A stretch of DNA of 22,935 nucleotides. Origin: an uncultured Gemmatimonadales bacterium. Its GTDB lineage: Bacteria > Gemmatimonadota > Gemmatimonadetes > Gemmatimonadales > GWC2-71-9. The number at the start of each line of letters is the position of its first letter. Positions within the stretch are counted from its first letter, which is position 1. The position numbers were made by a program, and so were the translations under genes. Below, piece by piece: positions 8,219-17,287 of this stretch. The notes beneath the pieces were generated by a model. It was not told where the DNA came from and made no database searches. It was given only the letters and a program-made list of their open reading frames with translations. The stretch is from assembly GCA_963844035.1 (NCBI GenBank), contig CAWJMT010000011.1, positions 1 to 22,935 on the forward strand. The letters run 5' to 3'.

Positions 8219-9622
8219 ATGCGCCACGTGATGATGACTGTTGCTGCTTGTTGGCGGGCTTCGCGGCGCCGGCGCGCCGCGCAAAGCCCCGGCCGACACG
8301 ATTCGGCTGACCCTGGACGAGGCGGTGAATCGCGCGCTCGACCAGGGCGTCGACATGCGTCTGGCCAAAGCGGCGGTGCTCACCGCGAACGGCCAAGTGC
8401 GCGAGGCGACCTCCGCGGCGTTGCCCCAAATCACCACGTCGCTGACCTACACGACGGCAGTTTGCGTCGATCTACGACGGGACTGGGCGGCGGCAGCGGG
8501 TTCGACACGCTGTTCACGAACACGCCATTCGGGGCGCCCAACGCCTGGAATCTGCAGCTCCAGGCGACGCAGCTGCTCTGGTCGGGCGGCAAGGTCGGCG
8601 CGGCGCGCTCGGCGGCGAAGTCGTTCCGCAACGTCGCTTCGCTGCGACAGGCCGAGACCTCGGCCGACGTCACGTTCCAGGTGAAGGAAGCGTATTACAA
8701 CGCGGCGCTCCAAGGACGGCTGCTGACGATCGCCGTGGAGAACCTGGAGCAAGCGCAACAGCACCTGCACGAGGTGCAGCTGTACCAGCAGGCGGGTACG
8801 CGCGCGGAGTACGATCTGCTGCGAGCGCAGGTGGACGCGGCGAACCAGGAGCCCGCCGTGGTCGCGGCCCGAAACGGCTACGACGTCGCCCGGCTCGAGC
8901 TGAAGCGCCTGCTCAACCTGCCCGCGGGCCAGCCATTGGTTCTGACGACACAGCTGGACTCGCTCAACGCGCCGATTCCGGTTGTGGTGGCCGACTCTGT
9001 GGGCGGGCCGGTGCGGCCGGCGCTTGCCGCGGCTGACGCCGCGCTGCACCAGGAGGAGCAGCTGCTGAAGGTGGCGCGCGCCGATCATTGGCCGACGCTG
9101 ACGTTCACGACGATCTACAACGAGCAGGCCTTCCCGGGGAAGTTCTTTCCGACAAGCGCGGACCTGACGCAGGGCTGGACCGGTGAGTTCAGGCTCTCGG
9201 TCCCGATCTTCACCGGCTTCCGGACCTCCGCCAGGGTGGATCAGGCCCGGGCAAGCGTGCTGCGGGCGCAGGCGCAGCGTGACCAGACGTACCGCGTTGT
9301 GGACCTGCAGGTCGCGCAGGCGCGGGCTGAAGTGGACCGCGCGCGCTCGCTGCTGGTCGCGCGGCACCAAACGGTGCGGCAAGGCCAGCGGGCGTTCCAC
9401 CTCGCCAGCGTGCGCTACACCAACGGCATGGCCACGCAGCTCGAGATTTCGGACGCGCGCGTTGCGGCGCTCCAGGCGGAAGTCAATGAAGTGCAGGCGT
9501 TGAGAGACTATTTCGTGGCGCTGGCGCAGCTCGAGCGCGCGCTGGGACGGAGCGTACCGGTCGTCCGGCAGCCCATCGAGCAGGTGGCGGCGGCCCCCAA
9601 CATGAAGGAAGCACTGCCATGA
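8219..9622 (+). CDS. TolC family outer-membrane efflux protein; compensating frameshifts near 8250-8480
   Basis: DTIRLTLDEAVNRAL...SAALPQI is in a shifted frame; then QLLWSGG, VKEAYY, PIFTG, YTNGMATQLE and LERALG in the main frame. GGGGAGG SD precedes ATG 8219. Confidence 0.9.
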   Translation: MRHVMMTVAACWRASRRRRAAQSPGRHDSADPGRGGESRARPGRRHASGQSGGAHRERPSARGDLRGVAPNHHVADLHDGSLRRSTTGLGGGSGFDTLFTNTPFGAPNAWNLQLQATQLLWSGGKVGAARSAAKSFRNVASLRQAETSADVTFQVKEAYYNAALQGRLLTIAVENLEQAQQHLHEVQLYQQAGTRAEYDLLRAQVDAANQEPAVVAARNGYDVARLELKRLLNLPAGQPLVLTTQLDSLNAPIPVVVADSVGGPVRPALAAADAALHQEEQLLKVARADHWPTLTFTTIYNEQAFPGKFFPTSADLTQGWTGEFRLSVPIFTGFRTSARVDQARASVLRAQAQRDQTYRVVDLQVAQARAEVDRARSLLVARHQTVRQGQRAFHLASVRYTNGMATQLEISDARVAALQAEVNEVQALRDYFVALAQLERALGRSVPVVRQPIEQVAAAPNMKEALP

Positions 9623-10698
9623 AGCGTTACATCATCGTGGGCGCCGTCGCCGGCGCCGTCCTCATTGCACTGCTGGCTGTACGTCGCGGCGAGCGGGCGG
9701 GCGCAGCGACCCGCGCCGGCGCGGACTCAGGGCACGCCGTCGAGCTGGGCGCGAGCGACCTGGCACGTGCCGCACGCGTCGATCTGATCGCCGGCGTGCC
9801 GGTGTCGGGGACGCTCGATCCGTCGGTCGTGGTGCGGATCGCATCGCCGATTCCGGAGGTGGTCGAAGCGGTGCTCGTCCGCGAGGGCGAAGCGGTGCGC
9901 GCCGGACAGGCGCTGGCGCGGTTCCGGAGCAGCGCGGTCGAGCCTGCCGCGCTCTCCGCTGAGGCCCAGCGCCGGCTGGCGGCCTCGGACTACGAGCGCA
10001 TGCAGAACCTCTTCAAGGAGGGCGCGGTCTCGCAGCGGGACGTCGAGAACGCCGAGGTGAGCCTGCGCGCCGCCGAGTCCAATGAGGCCCTGGCAAGGAA
10101 GAAGCTCAATGAGGCCACGGTGCGTGCCCCGTCGAGCGGCGTGATCAGTCAGCGCGCGGTCGATTCGGGCGATCGGGTGAAGGATGGCGACCTGTTGTTT
10201 CAGCTCGTCAACACGGCGGAGCTGGAGTTCGCCGCCACCGTGCCGAGCGAGTACGCCGCCGAGATCCACGTGGGAGCCCCGGTGGTGCTGGCGGTGTCGG
10301 GCGCGACCGGCGCGGGTCTGAGCGGCCGCGTGTCGCGCGTCAATGCCACCGTCGATGCCGCGACCCGCCAGGTGAAGGTCTACGTGACGGTGCCGAACGG
10401 CGACCGGCGTCTGGTGGGCGGCCTGTACGCCTCCGGGCGGATCGTGCTGCGCCAGGTGACGGGGGCAGTGGCGGTGCCGCAGACGGCGATCCGGCGGGCG
10501 GCAGGCGACACGATGTACGTACTCATCGTGGACCACGAGCGGATCGCACGCCGCGACGTCGCCACCGGCGCGACGGACGAACAGGCGTCGCTGGTGCAAA
10601 TCACGTCGGGCCTCGAGGGCGGCGAAATGGTCATCGTGGGACCGGCGAGCGGACTCGAACCCGGACAGCGCGTCACGGTGACGGGCGGGGAGGGCTGA
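9619..10698 (+). CDS. RND efflux periplasmic adaptor (membrane fusion protein)
   Basis: N-terminal anchor, VREGEAVRAGQ, LFKEGAVSQ, VRAPSSGVI, VDAATRQ, GLEGGE.V; ATGA overlap with the TolC stop. Confidence 0.93.
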   Translation: MKRYIIVGAVAGAVLIALLAVRRGERAGAATRAGADSGHAVELGASDLARAARVDLIAGVPVSGTLDPSVVVRIASPIPEVVEAVLVREGEAVRAGQALARFRSSAVEPAALSAEAQRRLAASDYERMQNLFKEGAVSQRDVENAEVSLRAAESNEALARKKLNEATVRAPSSGVISQRAVDSGDRVKDGDLLFQLVNTAELEFAATVPSEYAAEIHVGAPVVLAVSGATGAGLSGRVSRVNATVDAATRQVKVYVTVPNGDRRLVGGLYASGRIVLRQVTGAVAVPQTAIRRAAGDTMYVLIVDHERIARRDVATGATDEQASLVQITSGLEGGEMVIVGPASGLEPGQRVTVTGGEG

Positions 10699-10701
10699 CC
10701 T

Positions 10702-13700
10702 GTGTTCCTGAGCGATCTGTCGATCAAGCGCCCCGTCTTCGCCACCATGATGATGCTGGCGCTGGTGGTGCTGGGGCTGTTCTCGTATCGCCGTCTCAAC
10801 ATCGACCAGTTCCCGAACGTCGAGTTTCCCGTTCTCGTGATCCAGACCCGCTACACCGGCGCCAGTCCGGAGTCGGTGGAGCGCGACGTCACCAAGAAGA
10901 TCGAAGAGCAAGTGAACACGGTCGAGGGCGTCAAGGACATCCAGTCCACGTCGACCGAGGGGTTCTCAACCATCTTCATGCAGTTCAACCTGGGCACCAA
11001 GGTCATGGACGCCCAGGCGGACGTGCGCGCCAAGATCGACGCCATCCGGCAGGATCTGCCCACCGACATCGACCCGCCGGTGATCTCGCGGGCGAACCCC
11101 TCCGATCAGCCGATCTTCGTCTTGTCGGTACGGGGCCACGGCTGGGAGCTGCGCGACCTCACGCGTCTCGCCGATGAGGTCGTGAGCCGGCGCATCGAGA
11201 ACATTTCGGGGGTCGGCAGTGTGACGCTGGTCGGCGGCCTGAAGCGCGAGATCCACGTGCTGCTGCTTCCGGACCGCATGAACGCGCTCGGCGTGTCGCC
11301 GGACATGGTGGCCCGGGCAGTCCGGCGCGAGAACGGCGACCTGCCGGCCGGCCGCGTGGAACAGGGCAACGCCGAGAACCTGGTGCGGGTGGCGGGCAAG
11401 ATCCGCGATCCCCAGGACTTCGCCAAGCTCATCGTCACGTCGCGGAACGGCATTGCCGTCCGCCTCGGCCAGGTGGCGCGGATCGAGGATGCGCAGGAGG
11501 AGGAGCGGGACGTCGCGTTCGTGAACGGCGGAGCGCGCGGTGGCGCTCGAGATTCGCAAGACGTCCGGCGCCAACACCGTCAAGGTGGCGGACGGCGTCA
11601 AGGAAGTGATCGGCGAGCTGAACCGGGACCTCGCGAACGGCGTGACGCTGGCGACGGTTCAGGACAACTCGACGTGGATCCGCAACTCGGTGGATGACGT
11701 CCAGAAGACGCTGATCGAAGGCGCGGCGCTCACGATTCTCATCGTGTTCCTGTTCCTGAACTCGTGGCGCTCGACGGTCATCACCGGCCTCACGCTGCCC
11801 GTCTCGGTGATCTCGTCGTTCCTCGCGATCAACGCGTTCGGCTTCACGTTGAACATGATGACGCTGATGGCGCTGTCGCTCGCGATCGGGATCCTGATCG
11901 ACGATGCGATCGTCGTGCGGGAGAACATCGTACGACACGTGGAGCGCGGCGAGGACCACTTCACCGCGGCGCACAACGGGACCAGCGAGATCGGGTTCGC
12001 CGTGCTCGCGACGACGCTGTGCGTCATCGCGGTGTTCGTCCCGGTGGCCTTCATGGGGGCATCGTGGGACGGTTCTTCTTCCCCTTCGGGATCACCGTGG
12101 CGTTCGCCGTGCTCGTCTCGCTGTTCGTGTCGTTCACGCTCGACCCGATGCTGTCGTCGCTGTGGTACGACCCGCAGGCGGAAGGCGGGGCAAAGCGGGG
12201 ACCGATCGGCCGGGCGCTCGAGCGGTTCAACAACTCGTTCCACGCTCTGGGACAGCGGTACCGGCAGGTGATCGCGTGGTCACTGAATCACCGGCTTGCC
12301 ACGCTGGGCCTTGCCGCTGCGGCGTTTGTCGGGGCGATGAGCCTGTTCGGCCTCGGTCTGGTGGGGGGGCAGTTCATGCCCAACTCCGACAACGAGCAGA
12401 CCGCGTTGATGCTCGAGACGCCGGTAGGCTCCTCCGTCGCCTACACGGCGGACAAGACGCTCGAGATCGCTCGCTACCTCGATGCGCAGCCCGAGGTGGA
12501 GCTCACCTACACGACGGTCGGCGGCGCGCAGCAGAACAATTCGGTCAACAAGGGGCAGATCTACGTCAAGCTCGTCCCCAAGGCCGCGCGCCAGCGCAAC
12601 CAGCAGGAGTTCGAGGCCAACCTGCGGACGGTGCTGCCGAAGTTCCACGGCATCGTGGGCCGAGTGAGCCAGATCGACGCCGGCGGGAGCCAGTCAGGCG
12701 CCGATCCAGCTCAACCTCGCGGGCCCCGAGCTGTCGCGCCTGCAGGAGATCTCGGACCGCGCTCTGGCGCAGATCCGGAGCGTGCCGGGCCTGGTCGATC
12801 TCACGTCCAGCCTCGAGGGCCGCAAGCCTGAGTTCGTGGTCGACATCAATCGCGACCTGGCGGCGCAGACGTCGGCCTGTCGATCGGCGCGGTCGGCGAC
12901 GCGCTGCGTCCGGTGCTCGCGGGTCAGAAGGCGGGCGACGTGGGAGGACGCGACCGGGCTCGCGCACGACGTGGTCGTGCGGCTGGCGCCGGAGGCGCGC
13001 CGCTCGGAGACGGACCTGGCGGGCATTCCGCTCGCCATCGAGCCAAACCAACCGCCGCACCGGCATGCCCGTCATGGTGCCGCTCGGCCAGGTCGCGACG
13101 ATTCGCCTGTCCGGGGCGCCGAACGAGATCAAGCGTCTCGATCTCGAGCGCGTGGCCACCATCGAGGGCAACTACCAGGGACGGCCGCTCACCGACGTGA
13201 CGCGCGACGTGCAGGCGGGGCTCGCGAAGGTCAGCCTGCCGCCGGGCTACCGGTTCGACTTCGGCGGCGAGCAGAAGGACTTCATGGAGACGGTCGGGTA
13301 CATGATCGAGTCGCTGCTGCTGGCCATCGTGTTCGTCTACCTGATCCTGGCGTCGCCAGTTCGGCAGCTTCCTGCAGCCGCTCGCGATCATGCTGTCGCT
13401 GCCGCTGTCGCTGATCGGCGTGATGCTCGCGCTGATGGTGACCCGCGGCACGTTCAACATCATGAGCATGATCGGCGTGATCATGCTGATGGGGCTCGTG
13501 ACCAAGAACGCCATCCTGCTGGTGGACTTCGCCAACAAGGCGCGCGATCGCGGCAGCGACCGCCGGAAGGCGCTGATCGACGCCGGGCGAGCTGCGGCTC
13601 CGGCCCATCGTGATGACGACGCTCGCGATGATCTTCGGGATGCTGCCCACGGCGCTCGCGCTGGGGGAGGGCGCCGAGTTCCGGGCGCCGATGGCCCATG

Positions 13701-13894
13701 CGGTGATCGGCGGGCTGATCACGTCCACGCTGCTCACCCTGGTCGTCGTGCCGGTGGTCTACACCTATCTCGACGACTTCGGCACCTGGGTGGGCGGCTT
13801 CGTCAAGAAGTGGACGAGCGCACCGGCCGAAGCCCCGGCGCACGTTCCGGCGCACGTCCCAACGCACATCCCAACGCACGTCCCGGCCGACTGA
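10702..13894 (+). CDS. RND efflux permease (AcrB/AcrD/AcrF family), split by about 8 frameshifts
   Basis: In-order fragments across frames: [89 protein letters not shown]. The total span matches a full RND gene. Confidence 0.92.
13835..13888 (+). repeat. Imperfect 12-bp tandem repeat encoding (P-A/T-H-V/I)x4
   Basis: ccggcgcacgtt ccggcgcacgtc ccaacgcacatc ccaacgcacgtc ccggcc at the RND C-terminus. Confidence 0.9.
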
Positions 13895-13932
13895 CGCTCG
13901 TGTACGCACATTGCTCGAGAGGAGTGCATGAA

Positions 13933-14641
13933 ATGATGCGGAATCGTGAACGACGGCTGCTCGCCGTCACAGCGATGCTGGTGCTCGTCGGGAGCGTGCG
14001 AGGTTGCCGCGCAGGGGCGGCCCAATGTGCTCACCGACTTCAATCCGGACATTGAGTCTCCGATCATCGCGGCTACGGCCTTCGTGGACGCGCAGGCATC
14101 CGTGATCGGCAACGTGGCCATCGGAGGTCGCGTCTACGTGGCACCCTTCGCCTCGGTACGCGGTGACGAGGGGCAACCGATCCATATCGGCGACGAATCC
14201 AACGTGCAGGACGGCGTCGTGCTGCACGCGCTGGAAACCGTCGCCGAGGGCAAGGCCAAGGACGAGAACACCTACCTCGTCGATGGAAAGCGTTACGCCG
14301 TGTACGTCGGGAACCGGGTGTCTCTGGCTCACCAGTCGCAGGTGCACGGGCCGGCGTGGATCGAGGACGATGTGTTCGTCGGCATGAAGGCGCTGGTGTT
14401 CAAGGCGCACATCGGGAAGGGATCGGTGATCGAACCTGCGGCCAACGTCATCGGCGTTACCGTCCCCCCCGGTCGCTACGTCCCGGCCGGAATGACCGTC
14501 ACAACGCAGCAGGCGGCGGACGCCCTCCCTGCCATCACGCCGGACTACCGCTTCGCGAAGCTGAACGCCGCGGTGGTGCACGTGAACACGAGCCTCGCGG
14601 ATGGATACGCGGGCCGGGCCGGGCGCAAGGGCGAGCACTGA
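13933..14641 (+). CDS. Exported gamma-class carbonic anhydrase, Cam subclass; frameshift near 13990
   Basis: Hexapeptide repeats with SVRGDEG, SNVQDGVVLHALET, VSLAHQSQVHGPA and a C-terminal helix with N.AVV.VN..LA.GY. GAGGAG SD and signal peptide MMRNRERRLLAVTAMLVLVG lie in the neighbouring frame. Confidence 0.9.
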
Positions 14642-14644
14642 TCC

Positions 14645-15752
14645 GTGCGCTCCAGGGTGCTGATGATCGCGGGCATGTGGATCCTGCTACACGTATACGC
14701 CGGCATGCGGTTGCTCGGCCACGTCGAGCTGGCCGCCGGGCCGCTCGCGCTTGCGTGGGGCGGCGTCGCGCTGCTGGCGCTGGCGCCGTTTGCCGTGTGG
14801 TTCGCAATGCGGGCGCGCGCGTTGCCGTTCGCCACCGCGGTACACTGGGTCGGGTTCACGGCGATCGGCCTATCGACGCTCCTGATCGTGCTGGTGCTGG
14901 CGGCGGACGTGCTTGTGGTCCGCAGCTGGGGCATGGATGCGCGAACCGTATCGGTGGGGATTCTCGGCGGGGCGGTGCTGCTGACGGCGCTCGGCACCTG
15001 GAAGGCGCGCAGTCCGGGCGTCGTACGGGTGACGGTCCCGATCGCCGGGTTGCCGGAGGATTTGGAAGGATTCCGCATCGTCCAGATCTCGGACCTGCAC
15101 GTGGGCGCGACGATCAAGCGGCCGTTCGTCCGCGCGGTGGTGGACGCGGTGAATCAGCTCGATGCGGACGTGGTAGCGCTGACGGGCGACGTGGCCGACG
15201 GTCGCGTGGCCGCGCTGCAAGGACGACGTCGCGCCCCTGGCCGAGCTGCGGGCGCGCTTCGGCAAGTTTTTCGTGAGCGGTAACCACGACTACTACTGGG
15301 ACCCCGCCGGGTGGCACCAGGAGATCGAGCGCCTCGGCTTCGACACCCTCACGAATACGCACCGATTGCTCGAGCGCGGCGACGGCCGGCTGTTGCTGGC
15401 GGGTGTGACCGACCGGAGCGCGAGCCATCGCGTGCCTGGGCACGCGTCAGATCCGCTCGCCGCGTTGGCCGGTGCTCCGGAGAGCGACGTGAAAGTGCTG
15501 CTCGCCCATCAGCCGAGCAGCGCGTTCGAGGCGCGGGCGGCGGGGTTCGATCTCCAGCTGTCGGGGCACACACATGGCGGCCAATACTTCCCGGTCACGC
15601 TGCTGGTGCGCCTGTTTCAGCCGTTCGTCGCCGGCCTGCACCGCCTGGAGGAGATGTGGCTGTACGTGAGCCGCGGGACGGGCTATTGGGGACCGCCGCT
15701 CCGGCTCGGGGCGCCTTCCGAGATCACGCAGATCCAGCTGACGAGGGCCTAG
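14645..15752 (+). CDS. Membrane-anchored metallophosphoesterase (YkuE/YaeI-like); frameshift near 15220
   Basis: About four N-terminal TM segments; calcineurin-like motifs SDLH, TGD, GNHD, LAH and GHTHGGQ; C-terminal SRGTGYWGPPLRLG. Confidence 0.9.
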
Positions 15753-15803
15753 CCCGATCTATTGCTTCCGGTTCGCGTCCGAGGCAGTTTCCTTTCCCTT
15801 CCT

Positions 15804-15875
<72 letters not shown>

Positions 15876-15918
15876 CTTGAAAGATCAAGAACCCCTCTTC
15901 GTCCACCCACCACACAAG

Positions 15919-15950
15919 GAAGCCCCCATGTTCCGGGGGCTTCATCGTTT
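15919..15950. terminator. Hairpin terminator between tRNA-Cys and the convergent gene
   Basis: GAAGCCCCC / GGGGGCTTC 9-bp stem. Confidence 0.7.
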
Positions 15951-15978
15951 GAGGGATCGGAAATGCGGGGTTAGGGAT

Positions 15979-16377
15979 CTATTTCGCCGCGAGTAACCTC
16001 GAGTTGCGCTCCGGATTGTTGAGGGTGAGATCCATCTCGTGCCCGCTCCGCAGCGTCAGCGGTTTGGATTCATACGTCTTCCAGTTGGAGAATGCGCTGG
16101 CGACGATTCTGATGTTCGGAAGGCCCACCACGTCCGGATTGATCTGGAAATTTCGGGTGGCGTTGGCTTCGATTGTCCCCAGTGGCCACTGCGCCCACCC
16201 ATCCGGGCGTTCATCGATCAACACAACGAAGACGGGCTGAGGATTGCTGTTGGTGACCCGCAGCGTTGCCTGGGTTGCCGCACTCGGGCGTTTGGTCGGA
16301 CTGGCCGATATGCCTGCCGGAAGGCCGAGTAAGAGTGCCATAAGGGCGGCAAGCGTTGGGATGCGTTGCTTGGTCAT
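15979..16377 (-). CDS. Secreted hypothetical beta-rich protein (132 aa)
   Basis: AGGAG SD before ATG 16377; signal peptide MTKQRIPTLAALMALLLGLPAGISA; mature region LRVTNSN...VFVVL...LGTI. Confidence 0.75.
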   Translation of the reverse strand: MTKQRIPTLAALMALLLGLPAGISASPTKRPSAATQATLRVTNSNPQPVFVVLIDERPDGWAQWPLGTIEANATRNFQINPDVVGLPNIRIVASAFSNWKTYESKPLTLRSGHEMDLTLNNPERNSRLLAAK

Positions 16378-16411
16378 ATCGAGTCTCCTGTCGAACAGCG
16401 TGTACTCAATA

Positions 16412-16439
16412 GATGCGGACGAACCTCCACGCCGTCGCG
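16412..16439 (-). promoter_or_regulatory. Putative ECF-type promoter CGCGAC-N17-GCATC
   Basis: 35 nt upstream of ATG 16377; matches the motif at 1618-1644. Confidence 0.35.
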
Positions 16440-16465
16440 CTCGGTGACACGTTGAAACAGGCGAG

Positions 16466-17083
16466 CTACGCCATTTCCGCCTCGACCGCATCCAAGGCCA
16501 GGACCAGTCCCTCGCCGAAGTAGTAACTCAACTCGTCTCGCACACCGCGGTAGAGCGTAGGCCCGGTATCGAGACAGATCAGCGACCGGTCATCGACCTC
16601 GATCGCCGGATACAACACGCCTTCGGAAAAGGTCAACGGAAACAGGCAATCAATAATTGGCTTGAGCGTGTGATAGTCGATGCCGCGCTCGAGGCAGTAG
16701 GCGTGCACATGACAGCCGCGACCGCTCCGGTCGCGGAACACGCAGGCTCCGTCCACCACCTGCGTGCGGAGCGATCCGCCGCCCGGCATTTCGGGATCGG
16801 GCGTGTACTCCCCGGTGAACCAGCGATCGCGCGGGATGCCCATGCGTGCCTCCAGCTCCGGGGCGTGTGCCTCGATCGCCGGGACGTGCAGCATGTCCAC
16901 GTCCACTCCGTGCTGGCAGCACGAATCGTGGCAAAACGTGCATTGCATGCAGTGTGTGAAGTAGCGCGCGCTGAAGACGGCGGCATCGACCGCGGAGAGG
17001 ACTGGGACGCCGTACCTGCACGGGAAGGATTTTGGCAGCGCGATAATTGTCGGGCTCGGACCGGCCGCTTCGGAGGTTTCCAC
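16466..17083 (-). CDS. Cys-rich putative metal/Fe-S protein (DUF3109/YkgJ-like)
   Basis: CMQCTFCHDSCCQHG, GACVF...GCHVH, KPIIDCLFP and LIC motifs; likely GTG start at 17083, because the longer ORF extends into AT-rich promoter DNA. Confidence 0.7.
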   Translation of the reverse strand: METSEAAGPSPTIIALPKSFPCRYGVPVLSAVDAAVFSARYFTHCMQCTFCHDSCCQHGVDVDMLHVPAIEAHAPELEARMGIPRDRWFTGEYTPDPEMPGGGSLRTQVVDGACVFRDRSGRGCHVHAYCLERGIDYHTLKPIIDCLFPLTFSEGVLYPAIEVDDRSLICLDTGPTLYRGVRDELSYYFGEGLVLALDAVEAEMA

Positions 17084-17161
17084 GGGCCAAGGGATAAAGG
17101 GGAACGGCGTGAGAAGCAACGGCCGATGCCGGGAACCTTCGACTGGCCATTTCGTTTCAAT

Positions 17162-17254
17162 ATTGTGCAAAAAATGCACAATTCTTGTGACAAAATGCAC
17201 TGTTACATAGCTGTTATAGTGTAAATTGTTGACATATGACTGCATTTCATGCAG
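17162..17254. promoter_or_regulatory. AT-rich divergent control region with palindromic regulator sites
   Basis: ATTGTGCA-N5-TGCACAAT (17162-17182), a degenerate second copy TTGTGACAAAATGCACT (17185-17201), TTGACA at 17229 and the palindrome CTGCAT-TTC-ATGCAG (17240-17254). Confidence 0.65.
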
Positions 17255-17287
17255 CTTTCAGGCACTTCTGACCGTATTGGAGATCCT

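Noticed and set aside
9727..10911. Long antisense or alternate-frame ORFs (also 4207..4953, 5794..6690, 7161..8231, 11904..13613, 17297..18262, 19318..20352, 21315..22643)
   Set aside because: Shadow ORFs of high-GC coding genes with Arg/Pro/Gly-rich low-information translations; only segments that are frameshifted parts of real genes were kept.
13835..13888. Short repeats as a CRISPR array
   Set aside because: Contiguous 12-bp coding repeats with no spacers and no cas genes.
13946..14641. Carboxysome CcmM
   Set aside because: No RbcS-like repeats, no shell or RuBisCO genes nearby, and a signal peptide is present.
8219..15300. Many frameshifts in tolC, the RND permease, the carbonic anhydrase and the phosphoesterase (also Omp85, amtB, glnK) read as pseudogenes or programmed frameshifts
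   Set aside because: The breaks I traced are small indels in GC-rich or homopolymer contexts, with no in-frame nonsense codons noticed and key motifs intact, spread over unrelated genes. Sequencing error is the simplest explanation; read polishing would decide.
17084..17245. N-terminal extension of the Cys-rich ORF to ATG 17245
   Set aside because: It runs through AT-rich palindromic regulatory DNA and abuts the divergent ORF; GTG 17083 is more plausible.
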